A stretch of 30,201 bases of DNA from IMG/VR virus record IMGVR_UViG_3300020045_006388, positions 1-30,201 of that record. One strand, 5' to 3'. The stretch is from a virus (taxonomy: Duplodnaviria > Caudoviricetes). The notes under the pieces are model-generated. The model made no database searches, was not told the DNA's origin, and was given only the letters and a program-made list of their open reading frames with translations. This document shows positions 1 to 8,149 of the stretch, piece after piece. Numbering within the stretch: position 1 is the first letter of the stretch; each line of letters opens with the position of its first letter. A program made the position numbers and the translations under genes.

Positions 1-258
1 CAGTGGCCCGTAACGCAATTCGCCAAGACCGTTTTTAGTGCCCCAATAGCGGATGTTTTTCGCATTCGTGATGAAGACGAAATCACCGTCGAGCGACACC
101 TCGCCGACGTACACAAAGCCGCGATCAAGGACGACGATGTTCTGGCCCATGGGGCGTTTAGCAGTGGACGATGCGTTCGCCGTTGTCGGCGCTGGCAGAT
201 TGGAAAACAAAGCGGCGATCTGGCGCGCTTCGGCGATGGTAAGGGAGTCGATGTTCAT
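1..258 (-). CDS. Conserved phage hypothetical protein (DUF6948-like), runs off window
   Basis: Not in ORF track. Manual translation MNIDSLTIAEARQIAALF...QNIVVLDRGFVYVGEVSLDGDFVFITNAKNIRYWGTKNGLGEL, open to base 1. In-frame alternative ATG at 309. Confidence 0.6.
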   Translation of the reverse strand, partial: MNIDSLTIAEARQIAALFSNLPAPTTANASSTAKRPMGQNIVVLDRGFVYVGEVSLDGDFVFITNAKNIRYWGTKNGLGELRYGPL

Positions 259-349
259 GGATGGAGCTGATTTTGGTTTTGGTTTACTGCGGGAAAGTTT
301 ACGTTTCATGTGTAAGTCTTGCGCATGGGGGCGCGGTTAGGGCTGGGGG

Positions 350-685
350 TTAGAGCCAGATGGGCGCGAAGGGCACGTCTTCGTCGATTGTCGGGCTAGG
401 TGGCTTGCCGCCCTGTGGGGCTGGTACTGGCGCACCAGCTTGCGGCTTGCGATCCCACTCTTTTCCATTCCCGCAGTAAGGAATCTTTTCACCCTTCTGC
501 TTCATGTCTGCCCGAATGGCCTTCGGCGGCGTCTGCTTAACGCTCCAGTGGTTGCCGTACTTGTCCGGCACGTCGTTCTCGTACACATCGAAATCCATGT
601 ATTCCTCCGTGCCGTTGGTAGCCTTGCGGAACCAGTTCGCTTTGATCGCGGAGCGTTTGTGTGAGAGTGATATTTTTCGTCCCAT
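350..685 (-). CDS. Small putative ssDNA-binding protein
   Basis: Pro/Gly linker and acidic tail IDEDVPF; follows the ERF and exonuclease genes. Confidence 0.55.
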   Translation of the reverse strand: MGRKISLSHKRSAIKANWFRKATNGTEEYMDFDVYENDVPDKYGNHWSVKQTPPKAIRADMKQKGEKIPYCGNGKEWDRKPQAGAPVPAPQGGKPPSPTIDEDVPFAPIWL

Positions 686-686
686 G

Positions 687-1313
687 TTATTTGTTTCCTA
701 AAGGTTGTATCCCGAATTGAACGCGGGCCTTGTTGTATTTCTCTGAGAAATTGAAGAGTTCTTTCTGTAGTTTATCGGTGAATTCATCCCAATGCACCAG
801 CAGGTGAAATGCTGGCAGGCTTCTGCTGTACGAGAAAAAATGCCAAGCCTTGCGACCAGTCACGATCATGTACCCGTGAACCTGGCAGCGGTATTCCACG
901 GGGAGAATACCGGCGCGAAGGTAGCTTATGGCAACCGGACCTGATGGCACCTTAATCTCTGCGCCTGCATCATCGCCAACCAGCGCATCAGGGGATCCTC
1001 CAAACATACCCGACTCGTGAATCACAAAGCCAACCTCAGACACCGGCCCCTTAGCGTACTCAAGATCGAAGGCACAGCGGGCCTCACCCTCTAAACGCAT
1101 TCCCTCAAACATCTCCTCCGAAGTGTACTTTATTACACCTTTCTGCGGCGGCAGAATAGACTCGCTAAGCAGCTCGTTTATTAGCGTCTCTTGGGCCTTG
1201 GCTGGCTCAGCCTTGGCTGGCGTAAGTATCATATCAAAGCGGCTCGCCGTAGGCATTCCGCGACGTGCGGCATACCACTGCTCCGAGCGTTGCTCCACAT
1301 CCAGCGTTTTCAC
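687..1313 (-). CDS. YqaJ/lambda-type exonuclease
   Basis: EQRSEQWYAARRG-TASR, G..LE..AR, GSPDALV, EIK, Y..QVHG.M.VTG motifs. Confidence 0.9.
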   Translation of the reverse strand: MKTLDVEQRSEQWYAARRGMPTASRFDMILTPAKAEPAKAQETLINELLSESILPPQKGVIKYTSEEMFEGMRLEGEARCAFDLEYAKGPVSEVGFVIHESGMFGGSPDALVGDDAGAEIKVPSGPVAISYLRAGILPVEYRCQVHGYMIVTGRKAWHFFSYSRSLPAFHLLVHWDEFTDKLQKELFNFSEKYNKARVQFGIQPLGNK

Positions 1314-2026
1314 TTGGACGACTCCTTAAGCTTCTTCTTCAGCGCATTCTTAGCCTGCTCGAATCGGTCGGCTTTGATCTCCTGCGGAACCTTGGCCTCG
1401 AATAGCGCCCAAAACACAGGCTCCTTGAAGTCATTAAGTCCACGGCAAGCCTGTACCAATTGGTCTATTTCTTCAGCCTGTTCGTCAGTGACATAGACCG
1501 TACCCGCACCATTGCCATCATCGTCAGAATCCTCGCCGGTAACAACACCAAGCGCACCACACATCGCGTAGCGCTTAGCATAGCTATGGGCCGATCCTAA
1601 TTGCTGAGCCTTATTCATACCCTTTATGGCCTCTGGAATTGTTAGGTCCATAGTCAGTTTCTCCCCATGTCCATCCATATGCCTGAGCTGGCCTTCAACA
1701 TGGATTAACGCATCCCGCACTTCGCATATCTGCCAAGTAACAGACAATCCAAGCTCTGTTAGAAGAGGACGGATAGTGCGCCAGATGCGGTCGAGCTTGG
1801 CGTATGGTTTATCATAGGCTACATCGAGCTTTTCAACAATAGGAGCACGGCGCTGAAACTCGGATACAGCTTTATTGAAAGCCGCTTTCGCTTCGTCCGC
1901 CTGCCATTCACGACGCACCGCAAGTAACTCGCGCAGGTAAGAGGGGTCAGCTCCATTCTGCATAGCAGCCTGCATCAGTGCGGGCAGTGTTCCTGGTGCT
2001 GGCTGTACTGTGATTTCGTTACTCAT
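1310..2026 (-). CDS. ERF-family single-strand annealing protein
   Basis: YAKLD.I...IRP.L...GL and AQQLGSAHSYAKRYAMCGALGV..GED.DDDG motifs; start taken at MSNEIT. Confidence 0.88.
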   Translation of the reverse strand: MSNEITVQPAPGTLPALMQAAMQNGADPSYLRELLAVRREWQADEAKAAFNKAVSEFQRRAPIVEKLDVAYDKPYAKLDRIWRTIRPLLTELGLSVTWQICEVRDALIHVEGQLRHMDGHGEKLTMDLTIPEAIKGMNKAQQLGSAHSYAKRYAMCGALGVVTGEDSDDDGNGAGTVYVTDEQAEEIDQLVQACRGLNDFKEPVFWALFEAKVPQEIKADRFEQAKNALKKKLKESSK

Positions 2027-2146
2027 GTTAAATAGGTGGCGGGCCATTGCTGGCTTGTGTAGTGCGGCTACCGCCATTGCCGGTGTTCGGGGATTACTGC
2101 GGCGAAGTCTGTCTAGAATTCGGCTGCGCCATTCATCCCAAATTGG

Positions 2147-2341
2147 TTATTCGTTATCGAGCTTCCACTCGGGAAGACACTCGTAGCAGATGTTCACCTG
2201 ACCGAAGCCGCCTTTAGAATCAAGGCAGGCATCGCGAGTGGTGAGCAGCGTGTCGTCGGTGAAGTCCTCTTCACAACAGAAGCAGCGCCACACGTCGGGC
2301 GTATTACTATCCTCCGGGTAGGTGAAGGGAGCCTCTTTCAT
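2147..2341 (-). CDS. Small Cys-rich hypothetical protein
   Basis: CFCC and CYEC motifs; ATGA overlap with the upstream gene. Confidence 0.55.
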   Translation of the reverse strand: MKEAPFTYPEDSNTPDVWRCFCCEEDFTDDTLLTTRDACLDSKGGFGQVNICYECLPEWKLDNE

Positions 2342-2496
2342 TTGCTGGCTTTCTTGATCCCAAGCGCAACGTCGAACAGGTACTCGCCGGTCTTGGGCAA
2401 GCTCCACTCTTTCTTGTTGGCCAGTTCTAGAAGCTTTGGGTACGCCTTTTCTGAAGGCTGAACCTTGATTCGGTTGTCTATGCGTTTCGTGCTCAT
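2338..2496 (-). CDS. 52-aa putative ribbon-helix-helix regulator
   Basis: Manual translation MSTKRIDNRIKVQPSEKAYPKLLELANKKEWSLPKTGEYLFDVALGIKKASK: a beta strand followed by two helices; first gene after a promoter. Confidence 0.5.
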   Translation of the reverse strand: MSTKRIDNRIKVQPSEKAYPKLLELANKKEWSLPKTGEYLFDVALGIKKASK

Positions 2497-2501
2497 GTGC
2501 T

Positions 2502-2546
2502 ATGTGGGTCTAAGCGGGACAATGTGGGGCGATGTGGGATTGTCAA
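2502..2546 (-). promoter_or_regulatory. Leftward sigma70-type promoter with three direct repeats
   Basis: TTGACA on the minus strand at 2541-2546; ATGTGGG at 2502, 2522 and 2532. The -10 element is weak. Confidence 0.55.
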
Positions 2547-2687
2547 CTATTTCCCGTAATAATTATCTTCGCGGTCCTTATCTAGGTGGTGGATAACGAC
2601 TCGCCTGATGATAAAAACCAGCGCTATCACCGTGATAAACGCGAAGGACATGCCGACAATTAAGAGTGGGCAAAGTGGATTGCTCAC
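2547..2687 (-). CDS. Small single-pass membrane protein
   Basis: GTG start overlapping the upstream stop; hydrophobic stretch LLIVGMSFAFITVIALVFII. Confidence 0.45.
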   Translation of the reverse strand: MSNPLCPLLIVGMSFAFITVIALVFIIRRVVIHHLDKDREDNYYGK

Positions 2688-2860
2688 GATTCTTCATCCT
2701 CCTCTTCCAGCCCGAATATATCGCCACGATTCTCGTCCAGGCCGTAGGCCGTTATCTTGATGAAGGCCGCTCGGTTTACGGCAATCCTCCCAATGTTGGT
2801 CTCCGCGTCCTCTGTTAGGTCGGCGTCTCGAAGCGCCTGAATTACTTCGCCGATAGTCAT
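2684..2860 (-). CDS. Hypothetical protein, 58 aa
   Basis: MTIGEVIQALRDADL...EEEDEES; coupled by overlaps at both ends. Confidence 0.5.
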   Translation of the reverse strand: MTIGEVIQALRDADLTEDAETNIGRIAVNRAAFIKITAYGLDENRGDIFGLEEEDEES

Positions 2861-3090
2861 TTTAGTCCCTCCATAAAAGGCATCAGTTCGCTGTGGTCCT
2901 TCGGCCTTCGGTTAGTTGGCTTCTTAGTGTCTTCCGATAGCGGCTCATGCGCGGGCACGTCGAATCGGATAAAGCCCGGCCCTTGCTTCTGCCCATGCTC
3001 CGGCCCTTGCCAGCACTCTTTAACGGTTTGTCCCTTGTTTTGGAAAAGAGCCTGATAAATAGCCTCCCCCGCAGCGATGCGGGGCGAGTG
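2857..3090 (-). pseudogene. 5'-truncated hypothetical gene
   Basis: Open frame ..PRIAAGEAIYQALFQNKGQTVKECW...MPFMEGLK* ends in an ATGA overlap, but has no start near its 5' end, where an in-frame TAG lies at 3091-3093. Confidence 0.4.
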
Positions 3091-3222
3091 CTAGAGCTGC
3101 AACTTTCCGACCTAACCGCAGTCGAAATCTTCGCCGCCTATTCTCAGTTATTTGGCCAAGCGCCGACAGCCAGCGAAGACGGCGCACGCGAACTCCTACT
3201 TGAACGGATGTGTGAATCATGA
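3088..3222 (+). CDS. Small or 5'-truncated hypothetical protein
   Basis: VLELQLSDLTAVEIFAAYSQLFGQAPTASEDGARELLLERMCES*; ATGA overlap with the methyltransferase. Confidence 0.4.
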   Translation: MLELQLSDLTAVEIFAAYSQLFGQAPTASEDGARELLLERMCES

Positions 3223-3812
3223 GCCTTCGCGTTCTCATATGCTGCGAGCATTCCGGCACGGTGCGCGATGCGTTCCGGGCGCGCGGCTTTGATGCATGGT
3301 CATGCGATCTGCTCCCGACAGAAGGCGATGCGCGCTGGCACTATCAGGGCGATGTGTTCGACATCATCGGTGATGGCTGGGATTTGCTCATTGCGCACCC
3401 GCCCTGCACTGATCTGGCCGTTTCTGGTGCCCGCCACTTTGCCGCAAAGATTGCGGATGGTCGCCAGGCTCTCGCACTCGATTTTGTGCGCCGCATGTTG
3501 GACGCGCCGATCAAGCATATCGCGCTGGAAAACCCTGTCAGCGTCATTTCCAGCCATATCCGCAAGCCGGATCAGACATTCCATCCTTATCACTTCGGCC
3601 ATGGGGAGGTAAAGCGCACCTGTCTGTGGCTGAAAAACCTTCCCAAGCTGCGCGCTACTAACATTGTCGATGGGCGTGAAGAACGTATCCACCGGATGCC
3701 GCCCGGACCGAACAGGTGGAAAGAACGCAGTCGCACTCTGCCAGGAATTGCAAACGCAATGGCTGAGCAATGGGGTGATTATATAGAAGGGAAAGATTAT
3801 GCCAGAGTATGA
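3219..3812 (+). CDS. Short phage DNA cytosine (C5-type) methyltransferase
   Basis: RVLICCEHSG, WSCDL, catalytic HPPC, ENP and C-terminal RSRT.PGIA.AMAEQW. Confidence 0.82.
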   Translation: MSLRVLICCEHSGTVRDAFRARGFDAWSCDLLPTEGDARWHYQGDVFDIIGDGWDLLIAHPPCTDLAVSGARHFAAKIADGRQALALDFVRRMLDAPIKHIALENPVSVISSHIRKPDQTFHPYHFGHGEVKRTCLWLKNLPKLRATNIVDGREERIHRMPPGPNRWKERSRTLPGIANAMAEQWGDYIEGKDYARV

Positions 3813-3936
3813 AGATGAACCGCCAGAACAAAAGTGCGGCCCTGATTATCTCGCGGCGGGCTGCTGGTGGATTATGCTGGGCAGCTTGATCGCTTTCTGG
3901 TGGGCAGTTTACAATTTGCTGACGGGGGCGTGGTGA
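3799..3936 (+). CDS. 45-aa membrane protein, copy 1
   Basis: MPEYEDEPPEQKCGPDYLAAGCWWIMLGSLIAFWWAVYNLLTGAW; homolog at 11013-11144; TGATG coupling. Confidence 0.7.
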   Translation: MPEYEDEPPEQKCGPDYLAAGCWWIMLGSLIAFWWAVYNLLTGAW

Positions 3937-4412
3937 TGGAATTGGGCCATAGAAGCAGCATGGAAATGGCGCGAGTGCTAGCCACCTATATGGATTGCCC
4001 GCGACAAATCAGACACGCGATCATGGGTGAATTTGACAAGTCTCCATCGCTCACTACCATCGAGAATATGCGCAAGGCCTATTTGGCCGACAAGCCCGAG
4101 CCAGAGGCGATCCGCAAGAATGATGGCTATTACCCTGGCGATATCAGCCGCAGCATGGAAGAAACCAGCAAGCGGTTCCTGGCCAGAATTGAGCGGGAGC
4201 GCATGGCCTCAGCGATCAAGAGCGGGCGTGTACTAGAGTTCCGCAACCCCGCCTGGCAACGCTCGGCCGCATAGCCACACACCAAAAGCCTGCCAAGCCG
4301 CGCCAGCGCCCAATGCGACACACGCAAAAGCGCCAGCCGCTTGGCAGGCCAATAGATATTCCTGCTGCCCGTCCTGCCATGACGACAGCGTATGGTTCGC
4401 CCGCTTCAGTTC
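3807..4412 (+). repeat. Left arm of a 606-bp imperfect inverted repeat
   Basis: Aligns without gaps to the reverse complement of 10537-11142. Confidence 0.95.
3936..4274 (+). CDS. Hypothetical protein, 112 aa, copy 1
   Basis: Differs from 10675-11013 at two residues, with mostly synonymous changes, which supports coding; overlaps the VRR-NUC 3' end by 42 bp. Confidence 0.85.
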   Translation: MELGHRSSMEMARVLATYMDCPRQIRHAIMGEFDKSPSLTTIENMRKAYLADKPEPEAIRKNDGYYPGDISRSMEETSKRFLARIERERMASAIKSGRVLEFRNPAWQRSAA

Positions 4413-4673
4413 GCAGATAAAGCTAGGCGATCCGGGCACGACAATATCCGACGCGCCCTTGCTCATGCCCTCGGCTTTGTGGCGGATCATTGCTTGATGT
4501 TGCCCGCCTGATAGCATTCCCTCGTTGCGTGGGTGAATAGCAATCAACCCATAGCTGTCTGGATATTCCCGCCTCAGCTTATTGAAAAAGCTGGCCTGCT
4601 CGACATGCTCAGCCGGGCATTTGCCGCGAAACGTCAAGTCGCCATAGACCGGAATACTCGGGTGGAATTTCAT
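4233..4673 (-). CDS. VRR-NUC domain (PD-(D/E)XK) nuclease
   Basis: EH.EQ, HPRNEG, KAEGM.KGASDI, ELK and Q..YL motifs; directly after the helicase. Confidence 0.85.
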   Translation of the reverse strand: MKFHPSIPVYGDLTFRGKCPAEHVEQASFFNKLRREYPDSYGLIAIHPRNEGMLSGGQHQAMIRHKAEGMSKGASDIVVPGSPSFICELKRANHTLSSWQDGQQEYLLACQAAGAFACVALGAGAAWQAFGVWLCGRALPGGVAEL

Positions 4674-6532
4674 GCGGCGACCCTTTGCTGGCTAGGTGGC
4701 GCCACCTTTTCGGGCATGTTATCCGCTTCCTGATTGTATGCGATAATCCTGAAAAAGCCGCTGTCCGCATCCTTGCGATATGTAATCGTCTCTGGCTGAC
4801 CGTTTCTAGTCGCTACCTGGAATTGCGCCCACTCGCCCAGCGCCCTACTATGTCGCCCTTCAGGCTGGAACCACGTAGCGAATTGGCGATATGGCGTTAC
4901 CCAGTCCACGCGCACGGTCTTATTGCCCCTTGCGCTAACACCCTCTTTTACCGACATACTCACTACCACGTCGGTTTGCAGGCGGGTGGGGTCTTTTTTC
5001 CGCGACTTGAAGTCGGCAACCAGCTTGTCATTCGGGTTTATAATCTCGGCTTTACAGATGTAGCAGTAGCGCGCAGCAATGTCGTTTTTTTCGCCGCACT
5101 CAGGACAATCCTTGCCAGTCCAGCGATAGGTGCAACGCTCCATCTTGCCGCGCTCAATGGCGCTGGGAACGTGGCCAAAACACCGCCGCCCGTAGTGGAC
5201 TGGCATCGGGCCAAAATCCGTTTCGATCCGCTCGCCAAAGGTATCCAGCGCATAGCCGTGGCTGTCATATCTATAATCAGCATAATCAGGGTTTAGGCTA
5301 AATTCGTTGATGAACGCGCAATCAGGACAGGTTGCTTCAATAGCACCGCCGCCACCGCCAGCTTTCCCGGCTTTGATTTGCGGGTTGTAAATATCACCAT
5401 CAGGAAAGTGGCGCTCCACGTTCTCGGCGTAGTCCAGCAACAGGCTTTCGGGCTTGTCGGGGTGCAAGCGCCAAGCCCGGCCCATGATCTGCTGCAACAG
5501 CGCGGCGCTTTCGGTATATCGCAACAAGGCAATCGTGCCTGTATGCGCCACGTCAAAGCCTGTCGTCAGCGTGCCGACCGAGACGATATAGCGCACATTG
5601 CCATCGCGATAGTCTTTGATCGCTTTGCGGCGCTCTGCGGTGCCACACTCGCCTGTCACTATCACGCTATTATCCGGCGGCAAGCTGGCCATAATTTCGT
5701 GGGCATGGCGCACGGTAGCGGCGAACAACATCACCCCTCCTGGCCACGTGCGTGATTGCTCGATCACATCAGCAACAATGCGTGAGGTCTTGCGGCCATG
5801 GCCTTCAAACGCGCGCTCTACCGTATCGTGGTTCAGCGTCCCGTTAGGCAACAGGACCACTTCGCTGGTATCGTATGCCGCCTCGTTGATCTGGCCGATT
5901 TGCATCGGCGTGATAAAGCCGCCATCCAACATTTCCCGTGCGCTGACGCGATAGGCGCATTGCATAAAGTAAGGATCGCGGGTGACATCATCGCCATTGG
6001 CATGAGCGTGCCCCTTGTCATCCTCTGGCCACAGTCTGAAAATATAGCCGCTGCCTAAGCGATATGGCGTGCCCGTCAATCCTAGCACGCGCAAGGCCGG
6101 ATTGGCATCGCGCATGGCGTTGATGATCGCTTGAATGGTCGGCGTGATACCGTGGGCCTCATCGACAATTACCGCGCAAAAGCCGCCAGCGCCTACCTGC
6201 GTAAATCGGCTGATGCTATTCTTGACGGTGCCGGGCGTGCCGAACACCACGAAATTGCGGGTGGATTTGACGCCAGCGCTGGCGCTGAAAATAGAAGCGC
6301 GCTCACCCGTTAACAGATATTTCTCGAAATTCTGCTTTACCAGTTCCGCATTGGGGGCAAGGCATAGAACGCGCTTGCCCCCGCTGATCCGATGAAGCTC
6401 CGCCGCGATGTAGGCAATCATAAACGACTTGCCCGCAGCCGGGGCGGCGTCAATCAAGCATGGTTCTGTCGATCTACGCAGGAACGCTAACGCAGCATCG
6501 CACGCCTTGGACTGGTAGGGGCGGAGTTTCAC
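4670..6532 (-). CDS. SF2 DEAH helicase (RadD/YejH-like) with C-terminal zinc ribbons
   Basis: LRPYQ, AAGKS, DEAH, LTGTP, TTGFD, QIMGRAWR; CPDC and CPEC...CYIC. Confidence 0.93.
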   Translation of the reverse strand: MKLRPYQSKACDAALAFLRRSTEPCLIDAAPAAGKSFMIAYIAAELHRISGGKRVLCLAPNAELVKQNFEKYLLTGERASIFSASAGVKSTRNFVVFGTPGTVKNSISRFTQVGAGGFCAVIVDEAHGITPTIQAIINAMRDANPALRVLGLTGTPYRLGSGYIFRLWPEDDKGHAHANGDDVTRDPYFMQCAYRVSAREMLDGGFITPMQIGQINEAAYDTSEVVLLPNGTLNHDTVERAFEGHGRKTSRIVADVIEQSRTWPGGVMLFAATVRHAHEIMASLPPDNSVIVTGECGTAERRKAIKDYRDGNVRYIVSVGTLTTGFDVAHTGTIALLRYTESAALLQQIMGRAWRLHPDKPESLLLDYAENVERHFPDGDIYNPQIKAGKAGGGGGAIEATCPDCAFINEFSLNPDYADYRYDSHGYALDTFGERIETDFGPMPVHYGRRCFGHVPSAIERGKMERCTYRWTGKDCPECGEKNDIAARYCYICKAEIINPNDKLVADFKSRKKDPTRLQTDVVVSMSVKEGVSARGNKTVRVDWVTPYRQFATWFQPEGRHSRALGEWAQFQVATRNGQPETITYRKDADSGFFRIIAYNQEADNMPEKVAPPSQQRVAA

Positions 6533-6535
6533 AAA

Positions 6536-7408
6536 TCACCTCACCTGCCAAAATGTTGATGGCTTGCCGCGATATGGCTCCAGGTCCACGCCCTTGCAGT
6601 GATCCTTTACCACCTTCGCATAAGCCACGCTGCCAGCGCGCTCGGTAAAGGTCAGCTTGCGGCCTGCAAGCAGGGAATTTTTCTCCCCAGCCAGCTTCAC
6701 CATATCGGCCAGTAAATCCTTTTTGCGCTCTGCCAGCAATTCCAACTGCTCGTTAATCGCGTCCCACTCGCCTATCATGCGCGCGGCTTCTGGCGTGTCA
6801 ATCTCTTGCCGCTTAGGGGCTAAATGATCCGAGGCGTGGTGCTTTACCTCATCCAAATACTCGGCATAGAACTGGCGCAAGATCGGCAAATGCTCATCCA
6901 GCCAGCCCGGATCAATCTTGATGGTCTCCAGCTTCGCGCCCTTGGGTGCCCATTGCCAGAAATGGCACCACATGCGGCCTGTCACGAATAGCTGCACCTG
7001 AATTTGCGCGTGGTAATGCGGCTGATCGTTAATCGACTTGAACGGCACCGGGGCTTCTGCGTTTCGCAGGCCGTAAGGGCACTTAATCTCGATCAAGCCA
7101 TGCCCGCCGACATAACCGTCAGGGCTGGCTCCTAGCCAATCCTCATATTCGACAAACGATGCCTTTTGGATATCGTGCAACGTCTCCAAGGTGTATTCAA
7201 AACCCGCGCCGCTTTCGTTTTGGCTGCCATACATCGTGGCCACGTTGCCGGTAAATTCAGGCTCTGCGCCAATTGCCGCCCGCACCATCGTGCGCATAGC
7301 GTCGGCACGCGTCATAAATGGCGACAGGCCCAGGATTGCGCCGACCATACTACCAGTCACGCGGCCCTTGCGCGCCTCAAACCATTCGGGGGTGCCTTGC
7401 TCGATCAT
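6536..7408 (-). CDS. YqaJ/lambda-type exonuclease
   Basis: EQGTPEWFEARKG, GASPDG, EIKCP, HYHAQIQVQL; ATG at 7408 follows AGGAG. Confidence 0.9.
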   Translation of the reverse strand: MIEQGTPEWFEARKGRVTGSMVGAILGLSPFMTRADAMRTMVRAAIGAEPEFTGNVATMYGSQNESGAGFEYTLETLHDIQKASFVEYEDWLGASPDGYVGGHGLIEIKCPYGLRNAEAPVPFKSINDQPHYHAQIQVQLFVTGRMWCHFWQWAPKGAKLETIKIDPGWLDEHLPILRQFYAEYLDEVKHHASDHLAPKRQEIDTPEAARMIGEWDAINEQLELLAERKKDLLADMVKLAGEKNSLLAGRKLTFTERAGSVAYAKVVKDHCKGVDLEPYRGKPSTFWQVR

Positions 7409-7543
7409 GCCATTCTCCTGTTTGCCTGCGATATCCGGCGATATCTCGTTAGCGATATTCAATCTGCGCTTATCCTCGCCCCCGGCGGCGAAAGGGGGGA
7501 AATTCCGCCGGAGGTCCGGGAAGGGCAGAAGCCCCTCAACTGG

Positions 7544-8128
7544 TCAAAAAGGAATATCCTCATCGTCGACCGTGGCGCCAGCCTTCGTAGCGGGCTTGGC
7601 AGATGGCTTGGGCGCGTCGGGGTTAACCTTCACGCCCTTGCTCTTTGGAAATACGCCAGCAATCCAGTTGCCTTGCATCTGGGTGCCGTCGCTGCCTTGC
7701 ATTTCCCATACCATCACCTTGATGGTCATCAGCTTGGCTTGCAGCGCAATCGCCAGATCGTCATTGTCAGGCTCACCGCTTGATCGCGCCAGCTTGCCGC
7801 CACAGTTCGCGTCGATTGCTGCGAGCATCCGCAAGGCCTTGTCGCGCTTTTTCGCCGCAGCTTCTGGCGTCTTTGCGCGCGGGTCGGGATCTTTTAGCCA
7901 CAGCTTCTGCCAAATCTTGCGATTGGTATATTCCTGGGGCTGCTCGACGGTCCATTCCAGTTCAATGTACTTGTTGAAATCCTTGTCCTCTGCCCACTTC
8001 GCCACCGCGATAAAGGCGAGCACGTTGCTGTCATTGGGGATCGGGTCGATGTTGCCGCTAGGCTGTTCGTATTCGTTGCCTGTGCCGGTGGCGCTTTCGC
8101 CATCGCTAGTGTTCCAGAAATCACTCAT
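7544..8128 (-). CDS. Phage ssDNA-binding protein (DUF669-like)
   Basis: Acidic C-terminus DDEDIPF; lies between the AAA ATPase and the exonuclease. Confidence 0.75.
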   Translation of the reverse strand: MSDFWNTSDGESATGTGNEYEQPSGNIDPIPNDSNVLAFIAVAKWAEDKDFNKYIELEWTVEQPQEYTNRKIWQKLWLKDPDPRAKTPEAAAKKRDKALRMLAAIDANCGGKLARSSGEPDNDDLAIALQAKLMTIKVMVWEMQGSDGTQMQGNWIAGVFPKSKGVKVNPDAPKPSAKPATKAGATVDDEDIPF

Positions 8129-8149
8129 GCTATTTACTCCGTATTGTGG

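Noticed and set aside
53-340. Plus-strand 95-aa ORF, and the many similar antisense ORFs over the helicase, exonuclease, early and tail genes
   Set aside because: They shadow better-supported genes on the other strand or frame and have no motifs or RBS; expected in GC-rich DNA.
2857-3120. In-frame TAG codons upstream of a coding-like frame, suggesting stop-codon recoding
   Set aside because: Other genes are intact in the standard code and several end in TAG; a junction explains it better.
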